From the NCBI GenBank assembly GCA_046563655.1, contig CM102290.1, positions 7,564,001 through 7,628,000 on the forward strand: a stretch of 64,000 bases of DNA, in the 5' to 3' direction. Below are positions 38,301 to 52,400 of this stretch, one piece after another. Both the position numbers and the translations under genes were made by a program. The notes beneath the pieces were generated by a model, which was given only the letters and a program-made list of their open reading frames with translations, was not told where the DNA came from and made no database searches. The stretch comes from Yuukianura sp. NJ FZ-2021. Lineage: Eukaryota. Position 1 is the stretch's first letter, and every line of letters begins with the position of its first letter.

Positions 38301-41300
38301 ATTGTAAGTTTAAACTAAATATTTTAAAATTCTACAACAAAAGACAAAATTTTACAATAAAAGGCAAATTTTTACAAGAAAAAGCAAAATTTCCCCTCGG
38401 ATAGGTGGAAGTCACTATTTTTTGAACCAAACGCTCTTCTCTTAAGCAAACATAGCGCTCTTCTTTAAACGTTAAGCAACATGGTGCAAAAATTGTGTAT
38501 TTGTCAACTCATTTTTAGGCTTAAAAAACTTGGAATCTTAATGGTTTGATGCAAATTGACACCTACTTGCCTAACTTTGATCGACTGAAATAAGTGATCA
38601 ACTGGGGTAATTTTCACACCAAAGTTGTCACAACGCCATTTCAAATTGGAAACTCACACATTCTTCAAGGAAAATCAATCAAGATCTTTTGTACCTAAGG
38701 AAGTGAAATTGTGCAAAGCCCGATATGCACTGAGAACCTGCCTTTCACGAATCATTGAATGACAATTGACAAGAACAGTGCCACTTAATTACACTCAAAA
38801 CCTTCAATCTACTCTAACCAAAAATTTCAAAAATTTTCGGAGCAAAGAACATAAAAGTTTGGGAAGTTTTAAACTCACGGAGATGACACGAAATAGTTTA
38901 GAAAATTTTAACATTTCCAAAAGTGTCATGGCTGAATCTATTTCATATGTGAAATGAAAGGTGTGACAAGATCATAAGGTCATTGTCAGAAATCTTTGAT
39001 AGAAATTATCTACTCTGCAACTTCGTCTGACGAGAGATGAATTGGGAAGATGCAATTGCAATAATATTGTTCCCACTGCGACCCAATTCTCATCTCTCAT
39101 GATCACAAGTTATAAGCAAAACAAAACAGATTCACCGCGGTGATAAATACGAAAATTGCATTTTGGTGAGAATGGGAAATAAAAGTATAAAAAGAGGAAC
39201 CTCGAAATTAAACTATAATTTCTTTGATTCAATTTCAAATCTCTTTGTATTTCTCCTATCCTTCACTTTTGCCTGTCTCTTAATTTTTCCTTTTAAGACT
39301 TAATTGGAATTTTGGAGAGATTAACATGTAAACAAAAACAAAACAATCGTTTAAGGATACGGAATTGTAGGGCTAGAGGAAGGAAGTTTTAGAATTTGAC
39401 GTCTTTCAAGAAATATAATGAAACTAAAATGGGTTGAAATGACCTCTGTCCATGTAAATGTTCTTGAGTACCACAAGAATCCATGGTCAAACGAAATAAG
39501 ACACATTTCAAAAGGCACGAAAATAAGAATGGTACACCACCACCACTACTTACTAACCTACTAACATTACAATAGGAATGAATTTGCAAATTGTTGTGTC
39601 TGTAGGTTAACTGTTGATATCATGTGCCAATTGCTCCTTAAATTGTTAGGTTAGGTTAGGTACCTACTTAAAAACGTTTATGCTTTACCACATTCCAAAT
39701 TACCCAAACAATTACTAATAAATTTTCCAAACGCTTTTCAAAATCTCAGACTTCTGTTTCTTCCAAATCAAATATCGCAAAATATTTGCGATAGTACTTG
39801 AATTGTTTTGGAGAAAATTTGATTCGTGAGTCATGACAAACACAACTGGTGATGCACAACTGTAAAAAATAAATTATATTTATGAAACAATTTTTGAACG
39901 GCGTTTTTCAATTTGAAACTGAAAGCGAAGTTATTTCATCTGGTGTGTAATTTTTTTTTGAATAAACAAAACGTATTATTGGTGTGCTCAAATATTATGC
40001 CGTGTAGTTGCAGAAAATCAATGAATTTGTAAATAGGCGTCAAAATGAACAACAGGCTTAACTTAATTTAACTTACATCACGATCTTAATTCCAAAATTT
40101 TCTTTCCTAAAGCGTCATGTATTCTTTCCTTAAGTTTGTTTCCGGTAAATCCAGATACAAAGTGCACATGAACTTATGTTAAAAAAATCTTTGATAAGGC
40201 AATACTTTACAAAAATTGGGCTGATTCCACTCCTTACTCATTCCGCAATCACGTAATAAACTTGCACGTCAACATCTTACAACTTGGATATGTCAAATGC
40301 ACTGCATAGGCAACATATCATGAACTGAATCTAAAAAGACCGTGAACATAAATACAAAGTTCATAGTCGGTTGAGGCAGTTGTGAAAGATCATTTGGATT
40401 TCAAAAAACTTTCATTTGCACAGGGATTTTTTGATTAAAAAACTCAACAAGTCCTAAAAAATCAGGACGTGATGAAATATCTAACAGTAACAAACACTTT
40501 GGAAGAACAAAAGAAGCATCAATGTAATTTGTGTTTTCTGGTCCCCATTGTGAAATCTCTATTTGTATCCTTGTATGTTGATTTTTTTTGTGCAAAGACA
40601 AATACTGGTTTTATAACTGGAATTCATGCTGTACACTAGTACACTTGAACCAATGTTCTACGGAAGCAATCCATGAGTGGTTAAGTTCACTTATAAAAAG
40701 AAAAAGAATTATGTGAATCTTTCTTTAGTTGTTTTTTAGTTTAGCACAAGTGTACATACTTAGGCTTTGATGATTCCATGCGGATAATACATATTCTTAT
40801 GAATCTGAATTGATGAACTGACGCAGACATTGAAGCACTACAGAAAGAACAGTCCATTTCCCACAAGTGAAGTGTGCTACACTAGTTAAGTACTAATTTA
40901 GATTTTCCTATTACCATTATGTACCATAACTTCAGCGGCTATAATTCTCTTAAATCTCAAATGATGCAATTGAAAGACCTTGAGCCATTGTCCAGCCCAG
41001 AAATTATGGAAATTGAAATGGAGACAATGCTATTGTTGACGTGAACAGTAGACTTCTGGACTCGAGAACAAGAATATGTTTAGTTAATTTCAATTTAGAA
41101 AAAAGGACTCCAGGAATGGTAAAGTGCGTTTTGAGAACTTTTGGCAGTGGACTGGAAAATTGTAATTGGATAGCTTAAGATGTTGACGAGTTGACAATCA
41201 ATCAGCGTCTTTCAATTTTACAAAATAAGCACCGTGTAGTCAACAATTTGCAACTAAAACAATAATGACAAAATATAATAAATCTAAAACTCAAATGGAA

Positions 41301-41506
41301 GCTTTTTAAGTACTAAATTAAGTTTTAATGATAGCCAAAATTAGAAAAAAAGATGACAGGAAGAAGGATTTTATTGATGAGTCACGTTTTGATTTTTAAA
41401 ATTCATTGAAAGAATTCAAAATTTTTAACTTTGCTCATAAAACCAAATCGGTTATGGAAGACTCACCGAAGAAAGCTTGCATACTTATGTTCAAAAACCT
41501 AACCAT
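32371..41506 (-). CDS. CD36 / scavenger receptor class B family protein (~584 aa, two TM helices)
   Basis: Exons 41506-41467, 36854-36763, 35959-35793, 35682-35541, 35165-34576, 34484-34363, 34283-34165, 34054-33929, 33251-33057, 32532-32371. N-terminal TM (LAIAAGVVLIVVGILTLLFF), VYFFNVSN, EFGPYTY, WGYDDPL, CNMINGTD, SFPHFLHGDP, LVPVIWFE, and a C-terminal TM. Confidence 0.93.
33420..33920. repeat. Intronic composite repeat with direct and inverted copies (MITE/Helitron-like relic)
   Basis: GAACGGAA.CGATAG.GA.CTAAT.TCTT.G.GAAAACTTTCAAAAAAA occurs at ~33440 and ~33765. An inverted copy CTCTATCGCTTTCCGTTCACGAGATATGAGTTTT at ~33685-33719 forms an imperfect ~35-bp palindrome with 33748-33783. Confidence 0.7.
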
Positions 41507-44500
41507 GTGCACTAGAGCCTAGAATCTGTCGATCTCTGAAACTGAAAGCGTGCGAACTTATCTACTCAATTGATTTCGTTCCCGTACTCCTATTCGCTTG
41601 TGTATCTCAATCCAACTGTGAAATTAAGTCCACTTCACCTAGTTGTCAATCGCCTCTTATTTCTATTAAGATAACAATAATTCCAGTTCTACTTTGTCAC
41701 TTTCAAAGCACCACTAAAACCTACCTGTCAAGCCTAAAAAAGTTTCAATAGCTTTCAATAGAGAGGTTGTGGTTGACCCCTCAGTTTCAATTTTTCGAGA
41801 AAAACCTTCGGATTTTTATTTAGAAAAGAACTAATTTAAAAAAAAAATAGGTTCGTTGATGACCTCAGTCATTTTCAGTCAACCCAACTGAAAACTAGGA
41901 TTTTACCTTGGGCTAAAAGTCATTAAGGTGTCATTAGACGCTATTTTCTTTTGTGCTACGCAGTGTAAACACAATTGCTCCTCTGGATTGGTTCAAAACT
42001 GCATAGCTTTTACGCAAGCTCGTCCAACTTACTATGACTTCCCGAAAAGACATCTCCATGGATGCGAATCGGATTTCATAACATCTTTGACATTATGCTC
42101 AATAGTCAGATTTGCGTAGAAGATTTAAGGCCGAGTAGACAATGCATTTTTGTTGGCAATTGTTTTCCTAAATTCCTAAATTTACAAACGCTACTAACTC
42201 TGCTACAACTTTGCAAAAACTGTCAAAAACAAAATGCACGTGGAACGTAACATTTTTGAGCGACATTAACTGTTTACTGTTGACTACAGTGATGTATACG
42301 GAAAAAAAATTAGTTAATAGTCCATGACTTTATCTGCTCCGCTTATTCAAATAATTAACTCATGCGCCCTGTCTTTCCTTCAAAAAACGCAAACGCACAA
42401 GCAGAAAATGTAACAGAAAGAAAAATTCAGAACTTACTGGTCAGAATTGGGCGTTTGAGCATTTTGAGCAAATTTGTTTAGGAGCGTTTCGGCATACGAA
42501 GATCCAAAAATCCTGTTTTTGAATTGAATCCTCGTTGGTTCTCTTGCACGTTCTGTCCTTCCACAACTCTGTTAAAAATCAACCAGGAACAATAATGGCT
42601 ACTTAATTTTTTTTTTCGAAACGAGATGAATATTTAGTTGCCCCTAGCAACTTCCTGGCTGCATTATTGTTCTGTGTCGGTCACTAGTACTACTAAGTCA
42701 ATAGGGTGATGTGGTAGAAATGACTGACTTGAATTTTGGGAGAGCGTCGTCGTGTCTTGTAAAAGTTATAAAATTGATGATGATGGTAGTGGTAGTACAT
42801 AGGGAGGGCGAGGGAAGAGGGTTAGGATTTAAGAATAAGGATTTTTGGCTGACTTACACGAACAGAACGATGATGGTGCTGTATAGAAACCGATGAAGCT
42901 TCTGCTTTAAGGGTGGAAGTGCTAAGAATAAAAGTGTTGTTGGGTCCACCTTGGTATAACGTTTTTGGGAAGCTTAGGAAGAAGCAGAAGGGGATCAAAG
43001 ATGGGTACTTAAGGCACTTCTTCGGATTTCCTTCCAAGTCCAAGGGGTTCGTCGTAGTCCAAAAAAGGGGGCGGTGTGAACGGCCACGGTTTAGCAACTT
43101 TAAGGGCTACCAAAAGTTGATTGACGGACCCAGGGCCAAGGGCTAGCACAAGAAAATGCTTAACTTCTTCAAGTCAAAATCCTGTACTTTTACACAACTT
43201 TTGCTTTTGAAACACGCCTTTGTACTTCGAACTACTTTTAAACAAAAAAAAACAATTTTGAAAAGTTACAGAGTCATCGAGGAGATCTCGGACTCAGCTA
43301 CACAAAACAAAACTTTTTAAAGAAAATGTGTCATTGGACCGAAACAATCAAATTTTCTTTTCAAAACTCGTGTTAAAAATTTGGTCTACAGATCCAATCA
43401 ACACTTGAAAGTTTTAATCTGTTGTTGTGCGTTGATGAATCTCTTTTGGATTAAAAGCTAGCAGGAAGATTTTATAGAGCTGGTTAGGAAGCACATGTAA
43501 CTTTGGAACTGGGTTGTCACTAACACAAAAAAAATTTAACTAAAACTAATATTTAACAGAGATAAAAATCGAAGCGTCTCTTTTCAGATCAAAGTGCAGA
43601 GGGCAGTTTGGGGAAAAAGATTACAAAGTATATTGGGCCAACTGAACTGAATGTGGTCCAATGTTGTCCGTGGTCCTTTGTGAATTGAAATCACTGTTGA
43701 AACTAATACACTGCTCAGTGTTCACTCAGTCATGACTCCTTTGACTAACTAACCACAACTGAATTGACTCCAATATTACAAACGTAAGGGAGAAATCAGA
43801 AACTTCTTGGCGGCATTAAGTTAGCCGCATACTACTGCAAAAGCGCCTAAATCTTGTGAGCACTTCCACTCTGATGCTCTCCCAATTCACAAAGGCCCAA
43901 AAACAAAATTCGCAAGTGGCTTTATCCACAAATGATTTACACACGAGGGTTGTTCACATCCTAAGTGCGCGCAACACATACAAAAGATAGCATCCCCAAA
44001 TACTCACACTGTGTGACATGAAGTATTTTAAGAGTTGGCCACTTACTGAAAGAATGGACACCAATTGTACTTTGGAAGCCATCAAATGTACAACAGAAAC
44101 AACATGGCGACTAGTCCAGTGTCGTCTAGCGTGGTACAAACGGACATTATGACAAGAGACCATCATGGGCCCTTGCTTTTGTTTTGGAGACCTTGCTACA
44201 TATCAACTGCAATCCAATGACCTCGGCCTCGATTCCCCATCACTTATTCACTTATGGTAAAAACCAAATATGACATAGAACAAATAAAAGTTCATTCACA
44301 AAGTGTTCAACTTAAGGACCAGCAGTGAACTGCACTTGCCCTTTACCTCTTGACATTATAGTCGATAGAAAATTTAACCAATGTTTGTAACAATTACAAA
44401 GTCCAACAGTGACGCTTGCGTCGAAACTCTTGCTCAGCAGTTTTGGAGAACTGGCTTGCAGCAATGAAATTAAAAAAATATCGAGTCATTTCATTGGAAT

Positions 44501-45468
44501 AACGTTCATTCCACATTGCACTGAAAATGATTAGACTCCAAACAGGCCAATTGATGCACAAAATAAGTTTTGAAGTTCATTTTGATTCGAGATTCTAATT
44601 CTAAATCATCCTCCTAAACTTTTGCTCGGCATTAATAAAAAAAACGAGAGGTTCTTTTGCAACAATATTGAAAAAAAAAGTTCTTGAATATAAAAAACAT
44701 CGTCGATTGGAAATGCTTCACAGGAAATTGCAGTTTCAGTGTTTTGCACAGTCAGCGTCAAAAGTTAAGTAAAGGCTTAAAAACTAGCTGGTAATACAAG
44801 TTGATATCCAGCAAAGAAGAAACGCAGAAAGTGACACACACAATTAGATTAGCAATTTTCGTGATAAATGTTTGCGTAAATTATTGTGTTTTCGAAATAG
44901 GACACGAACATTATTCATTAAAAGTTAATTAGTAGAAAATTGTTCGGAACAATAATGCTATTGTACCAAGAATACAATTGGGTTGTTGTGACCCGGTTCA
45001 AGTTGAGACGCCAAGACGTGTGTTCCCGCCAAATTTGAATCGTATGTCTTGTCACCAAGATCAAGAACTTTTGCGAATTTTTTTTTGTAAACCCATTGTG
45101 AATGTAGTGTTCTTGCAATTTTGAAGTTTAGCTTTAAAACTTTTGCAAAAGCAGCACCCGGTGGTTAGTTTAGTTAGTGCTACCTTTTCTGGACGAGGGA
45201 TTCGCAAATTGCAAAATCGGGTATGTCCTATGTGCCTGTTTAAGAAATAAGAAGACGGGCTGGCTGACGTGGTATCATTCAATTCGGTTCTGAATTCTGA
45301 ACGTGAGCACACAAGCACAATAGGTCATACAGGTACGCGGGTACGGACGGAAGTTATACAGTTTGCGGTAAAAGAAATCAACCTTTACCGAAGAGGAGTG
45401 AAGAAGGAGTTTTTGGATCAGTGTTCCCTAGACAACGGTGGTCTAAACGGCCGTAAACCGTTGAAACA

Positions 45469-46270
45469 ATGTTCCAAGCGACAGACTCACAGAGTAAGAA
45501 AATTTAATTCTCATGAAATTCATTACGTTTTCGTCTTTTCGGTCGTGAATGTGCTTGCTGGGCATCACACTTTAAAAATGAATCTTTTCCGTAAGCTCGT
45601 AATGACAATGTCAAAGGGATCAAGACAGCGTAATGTTCATTTTGATTGACATGGTTTGAATTGAGAATTGCATATAATGTGAATCTTGTTTCCTCTATTT
45701 ACAGAAATTGGGATTGCGTTGGTTGGCTTCGGAGCTGCCTTCCTCGTCCTTGGTGTAATACTTCTGTTTGATAAGGGACTGCTGGCCATTGGAAACGTAA
45801 GAAACGATTAAAATTGTGTTACCAGTATCAATTTGTAACTCATGTCGCTGAACTTATTCGTTTGGTTTCACAGATCCTATTTTTGTCTGGTCTTGCATTC
45901 GTAATTGGACTGACTAGAACGTTCCGTTTTTTCTTCCAATGGGATAAACTAAGAGGAACTACCTGTTTCTTCGGCGGTATTTTTGTGGTACTCATCGGTT
46001 GGCCAATCGTTGGCATGATCATCGAAATGTATGGTTTCATCCGACTGTTCGCTGGATTTTTCCCATTTGTGATTAATTTCCTTCGAAGAATGCCAGTTAT
46101 TGGAACCATCCTCAATTTACCTGGTATCAGCAAAGTAAGCACTGAACTGTTCTGGTACTTGATAGATAAATGGACAGGGGATTGAGATGGTTGCATCACG
46201 AATTATTCCTTTTCCTTTGTTACAGTTTGTGGATCGCGTGGCAGGAGATCAGTCTCGCTCAAATGTATGA
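45469..46270 (+). CDS. GOLT1B: Golgi vesicle transport protein GOT1/GOLT1B (140 aa)
   Basis: Exons 45469-45493, 45705-45796, 45874-46134, 46226-46270. TDSQKIG..LLFDKGLLAIGNILFLSGL..IGLTRTFRFFFQ..GWPIVGMIIE.YGF. AATAAA near 46394. Confidence 0.95.
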
Positions 46271-46662
46271 TACTTTCTGTTTCTGCTAATCTTCACATCT
46301 CTATCGTAAATTACAAAACATTTTTTTAAAGATCGACTTAGAAGTACAGTTCGCTACCCTGTACTTGCAAATCCATTTCGTACTTTTGAATGTAATAAAT
46401 TAATCACTCAACAGATCGATCCCATGACCTAGCGACAAACAAACGGTGCCCACGTCTTCAAGTTCAAGGCAGCAATCTTCGTCAAGCAAAAAAATTACCA
46501 ATGAGTTTACTTACTTGGAGTCCATTTAACAAGTAACGGAAAGGGAAATATTGATGACACATCAAATAACATAATATACTACATATTTTCTTTAACAAAT
46601 AACTTGATCACTAGCTTCTCGTTCAACTTATTTCCAGAATGAGCGTTATAAAATCTTCTAAG

Positions 46663-48337
46663 TTAGACAGCTGGGGTGGCTAGAGGTTTCGGCTCTTCAG
46701 GTTCTGCATCGTCTTCGGCGACGTGATGAGTAGTTGATTCCTTTGGATTCTCCTTTTCTTCTTCTGTCGGAGATGTTGGCTGACTGTAGTCGCTAGTCCC
46801 ACTGTCTGTTCTATTGATAACTGCCTGGAAGTGTTTGTCAGGACTGGGCTGGTCATTGTCTAACACTGACTCTGCCTTTCCGTCACGGTCAACGCCCTCA
46901 TCCTGGGAATCAGACGGTTTCAAAGAACTGTTGCTATTTGACAGAGTCACGTTCGGATTTTGCATTTGCTTGTACTGCTGCTGGAGTGATGTCTGGAATG
47001 GCTTCCTAGTTTTATCACCTTTCCTCCACAAAATGATTTCCTATCCAAACAGGATAAAGATGTTTGAAGAATAAAGAAGGATAAAGTTGATTTTCCAAAA
47101 GTTAATTCCAATGCTAGTAGGCTTGAATACTTTACCTGTTGCTTGAAGTATCGACGATCTTCTTCATCCACAAGCACAAGATTCAAGTAATATCTAACAG
47201 AAAATTTCTTGTTCACATCCTTCATTGTCGGAAGGAGCTCGTAACCAGCTAGAAACACACGAATTGGAATGCTCTCCCCACGAACTGGTGCACCATCCAT
47301 AATCTCGTATTTTGCGATTGTTTCGTTCTCATTGAAAGTGTTAGGACCTGTCATAAACAAGTAGAGTAATTAAAACGTGTTTTAACATAATTTTTAACTT
47401 CAAACTTACCAGAACCAGTTGTTTCCCGCTTGATAATGGCAATTTCCATATGCTTAATTTTGATTCGAACGAGAAGAAAATAAATCTTCCCGACAATGAC
47501 ATCCTTCAAGTGGTACTTGGATTTATTGTATTCAAATTCAATATGTAGGCAGTCCTCGATCCCAACTTCCATCTTAATGCTACTGTTCATCTCAGGATAT
47601 GAACTCAGTTGGTGGACGATGATTTCTTTCTCCTTGATTATATCACTGAGCCTTCTGACGATTGTCACCCTTAAAAAGTACCTAGAAGAGTCACCAAACA
47701 AATTAGTACTTTCCAATTTGACATTTAGTATTTAAGATTTTTACAGAAGATAACTGAGTTACTGAGTTTTATACCTAAGTTTTACGTTAGAGCCTGTGTA
47801 GGACTCAAAAGGCTTCTCGACATTGACAAATTCAAAGCTGTAAGACGTATGCTGGAAAAGGTCACCGGGTCGAGCGAGCTCTTTGACAAGGGATAGAAAG
47901 TCATGGTGATTCCCTCGATCATAGTAAAGCTCAATTTGACCTATCAATTCTATTTTGATGCCATAGTGGTCCAGTCTTGACCCAGCCTTCTTTAGCTGAA
48001 TGTTAACCTTAAAGGTTTAGAAAAACGACAAAATTAGAGTTTCTATTGGCTAAATTGATTCATAATACTTATTCAGATAAAAACATGTCACCTTTCCAGA
48101 AACAGTCTCCCCGTCATAGTAAATCAGATATCTATCCTTCCTCCCGTCTTCATTCTTCAGTTCACCAGTCTTTCTTGTGTCTTGTCCATCCAGAACAATG
48201 TCAATTTCCGCACTTGGTCCAAATCCGAAAAAGTTCTGAAATATTTGTAAGATTTACATCACCACAAGGTTTAGCATTCAGCACAAACTACGGAAAATTT
48301 GGTAACATTATTTCTTTGCCTGCTTCTTGCTTACCAT
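46663..48337 (-). CDS. VPS26: Retromer subunit VPS26 (~413 aa)
   Basis: Exons 48337-48335 (ATG only), 48235-48092, 48007-47775, 47681-47410, 47347-47136, 47040-46663. Motifs [71 protein letters not shown]. Confidence 0.97.
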
Positions 48338-49445
48338 CTTTTGTAACAGCAACTCTCTAATAACAGGAATTCAAGGCACACAGTGTAGTAGTTAGTAATT
48401 ATTAATCTATTCGATAATTTATCGCCAGGGACGTCTACGTCTTGGTAGTAAACGAAGAGGCACAGGGTGATGGAGACAGTAGTGCACTGTCCGGCGGTGT
48501 CAACCCCCTGAAGTCACCTTTCCGATGACACGGAGTTGTGACTGGCCAAAAGTTAGCTAATTGTTTTGTTAATTATTAATTAAATTGAGTCAATTTAATT
48601 GACTTTACAGAAACCCACCCCAATTTTAATTATTATGGAATCTGGAGGAGTAGAATTTCAATACTCCGCCTCACCACACTCGCACACGCAACACAACGTT
48701 GCCAACCAACCCACGCATACAAGTCGTCCTTCTTATCCACACGAAATCCGGAAATTAATTTATTATTACAATTAATTTAGCAATTCTTAGCTAATTTCTG
48801 TTCTCATTGACCTAAAATTATTAAATTCTTGTCCAGAATGTGAAGAAACATTAAAAAATGAACATGGACAAAGAAACTTGCATCCAAATTTCGTAATTTA
48901 CAATTCAAACAATAAACAAAATTTTTTGGAGAGTAAAGTGTCGTACTAAAAGTTAATGAATGAATTAAAAATTGCGTTTTTTCAGGCGTAAGGCAGTAGT
49001 GGATTCAAGGCGGAGTTAATTAGGATTTGCAATTAGCGCAGGATCGGGAATGATTTGGAGATTTAACTCAAGGGGCGGAGAAGCATTTTGTTCTAAAAGG
49101 TTCTGTTTAAAAAACAGTATATTGGATGCTTAGGAAGTATTTGGGTGTTGGATCAATCCAGTACTTTGGATCCGAGATTTAAGTGGCTGGAGGTGTGATA
49201 TGGGAGGTTACCTTGTTCGGTAACTCATTCAGTCGTAGCCCTGGATACCTCTTGAGCTAGATCATCTCCAAGCGGACTTCGGATCTCTTAAATCCAATCT
49301 TCATCTGATCTTCATCCCTCTCAGTTCAACTTTCACAGCATCCATAGGAACAATAGGGAAGTGCTAATTGCTTAATTACAGCAAGTGAAGCCAATTACAA
49401 GTTTGTAATCATTTTCAAAGATCATCTAAAGCAGAAACAATAGAG

Positions 49446-52400
49446 ATGGGTGAGCGGTGGTCGTACGGGGTGACTATTGTTGGTGTTGTTTGGTTGATTG
49501 TTGGTCTTTGTCAGAGTCAAAGTTCAGACGACGCCTATTCGGTCGACATAACTACTCCAGGTAAGAATCGTGTTTTGACACTTTTAAATGACAAGCAATG
49601 TTAAACAACTCTGGATAATTTTAAGCTTTTCTGGAGTTGGTTTAGCAAGGTTCCAATTTGAAAATCAAAGTAATGCATTAAAAGGTTAAATGTTTAAATT
49701 TAGAAAAGAAAAAGTAGGATTTTCCGTCTTCCGGTTTTAGCTCCCAAAATGAGAAACGTGCCGATGAAAATTTTATTATCACAGGTCAAATTGTTGTTGA
49801 ATTTCAATAATCGATGAAAAAAGAAGTTTCTTTGTCTTTGTCGGATTTAAGCGTCCAACAACTTTGTTTTCTTCGCTCTACTGATAGAAGTCGAAATTTT
49901 CTAATTAGCTTAATCAATGAAACTAATTAGTTTTGAATGGAAGCGAAATGTTTCTCGATATTTCTTTCAATAATTTAACACTAAATAGGAGATTTATAAA
50001 AAAAAATTTCTTTGCGATTTTCCGACATTTCACATTTTTCTTTAACAAACTTTTCAGTTCTACCCGCAACATACCTAATTATCTAATTGTTTAATTATCT
50101 AAAGCAATTACTTATACTTTTAAATTACCTAAAATTTTAAATTTGTAAACGGATTTAACGTAAAGTTAAATACTGAACGTATTTCTTAGGAGGACTAATA
50201 CCTCAACCAAATTTTGAAGTTTAGTGGTTACACCAGAAAAAGATTCCAGTGTCAATTCAACGTTTTTTTAAATTGTGGAAACCATGGGAAATTGTTATTG
50301 ATTTTGCGCTTTTCACAAAATCAAGTCTTCCAGCTTCCGGCAGATTTAACATTAGAGTAGTAGCGTAAGTTGTTGAATTAGATGACCTCTGACCCTTGAA
50401 ACGAGGAAAAGCCAAGCCCTTTGACTCTTATTGGAATAAAGAAAACACGTTTCTTTTGTTAAAAAGAAAAAACACTTAATTAGACTCAAATAAAGTAGAA
50501 AGTGGGCACTGGAGGTCCAAACTAAAGAGCTTGAAGGGGTCCAAGGAAGGGAATTTGTGTAGAATTGATGATTACTTGTCCATGACACCAAGGACTCATT
50601 CCAAAAAGCATAGAAAAGACGGAGGTTCTTTATTGCTTGAAAAGCAATTTAAGGGCCATTTCTATCCTTAGAACCAAAACAATTGTCCTGGCAGGATCAT
50701 TCTAATTAAGGAGATTCAAGTCCCTTAAGGAGAGCATGTACATGGAAAATTAGTCAAGTTCATCTTATGTACACAGCCTCCTCCAGAGGTCATTTTGAAA
50801 AGATCAAATCAAAGGAAATGGAACTAGACACGCAATTCAATTGAATGACGCTCATAAACAATGGTCTTTAAAATACTCAACTTTCGTTTCTGTCTTTTCT
50901 CATTTTCACAAATCGTTGTGTCAGAAATTACTCAAAAAATACAAAAAATTCCAGGAAGAGAGAAAAATTTGCAACTTTGCTCAGCCTCAAAGTTGACGTG
51001 AATCATTTTATGTTTCATCTGGGTAATGATAAATTGGATTGTAGTAAATGTTAATGATGAATGAAACAAGGAGTTCAAGAGAACCGCCAAACGCTGTTGA
51101 CCCCCAAGTAACTAACTCTTGAATTTGAATTATGCCCAAGTAGCATAAGGTCATGGAGTCCCACTGGAGGTAAACGTTGTTGATAATCCCATGATTACTT
51201 TAATAATGGAAATGGACACTAACGCAGTGGGGCATACGTAGCTTACCAAAAAAGTGGAAATCGTTTTGGCCAAGTTTTCATGTTGTTTGGTTGATCTCGT
51301 GTGTTGATGCGTCTTGTACCCCAGTTTGTGTTCTTCTTCCTTAAATGGACTTATAACCCTCCTTAACTGTCCTTGTAAAGTTGTTGAAGTCATGGAGAGG
51401 TTACCGGAGGTTGAATGTTATTTCAATTACAAAATTCATTTTTATTAGAGACTTCATTATGGAAAAGTAAAAGGAGACAAGTGAGCGTTGCAACAACCCC
51501 CTCCAGTCACCATAAAGTCACCATTAACGACGACGTAGTCTCAAAAGGACTTTGGGCATTTAGTGTCACTGACTTTTGCACAGCCCGGTTCCCATTAGAA
51601 GTGTGAAAAGCTCTTATCTGAGAATCTTTAGTGTCGGATTTACATCGATTTACTAAAAAAAGAGACTTTTTTGCAAGTTGGATTTCCTCTGAGCATGAGC
51701 TTTGCTTGGAAGTTCTTCAGTGGTAATAGTTGAGCAGAGAATGTTTAAAATTTGTCCAAATAAGGGAATGGCCTGTCAGGTCGGGTCAGTCCGAGTCCAA
51801 AAGATCCCGTCTATCTATGCCTTCATTGTGGATCCAGTTTAGAACTGCTTGGATGGCTGGAAGATGTTCCAGAATATAAATGATAGGAAATGGGAGGCTA
51901 ATAGTGTAAGGAATGATGAATTAAACAATTCTTTCTAACGAGCCCTTCAGTCAAACGGGGGAAAGGTGAGAAAGGACCACCAAAATAGAACACTTCATCC
52001 CTCCCACAACTTGTGGGCCACAAGTTCACTTTTTCAATTAAAAGTTAATGTACTATATGAATTAACTTAAGACGATGTTTAAAAAATTTTAAAAGCTTCA
52101 AGACGCACAAAGAATTATGAAAGTTTGCCTCGAAAGAAAGTGAATCCTGGCGAAATCTGCTGAAAATTTAGACAGTTTAATTTAGTTGTTTACTTTTTTT
52201 TCAAGTTTTTGGTTTTGTATAGATGCTAGCTCTGGAAATTTAATCAGTTAAATTTCTAACACTTTGCAGAGCAAAATTTGAAAATTTTTGGTAAATGTGT
52301 AACTAAAAAACTTTGAATGACAGGTTATAGTTCAAAGGCATAAAAGTCAGAGGAGTTACCACCTTCGAAGATTTCTTTGGGCCCTTAAGTGTCACTTTGC

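Noticed and set aside
49168..49296. Crossing complementary segments in the EGF-gene leader suggesting a pseudoknot
   Set aside because: The two stems overlap or abut with no loop to span them, so they cannot form together; each is only about 8 bp.
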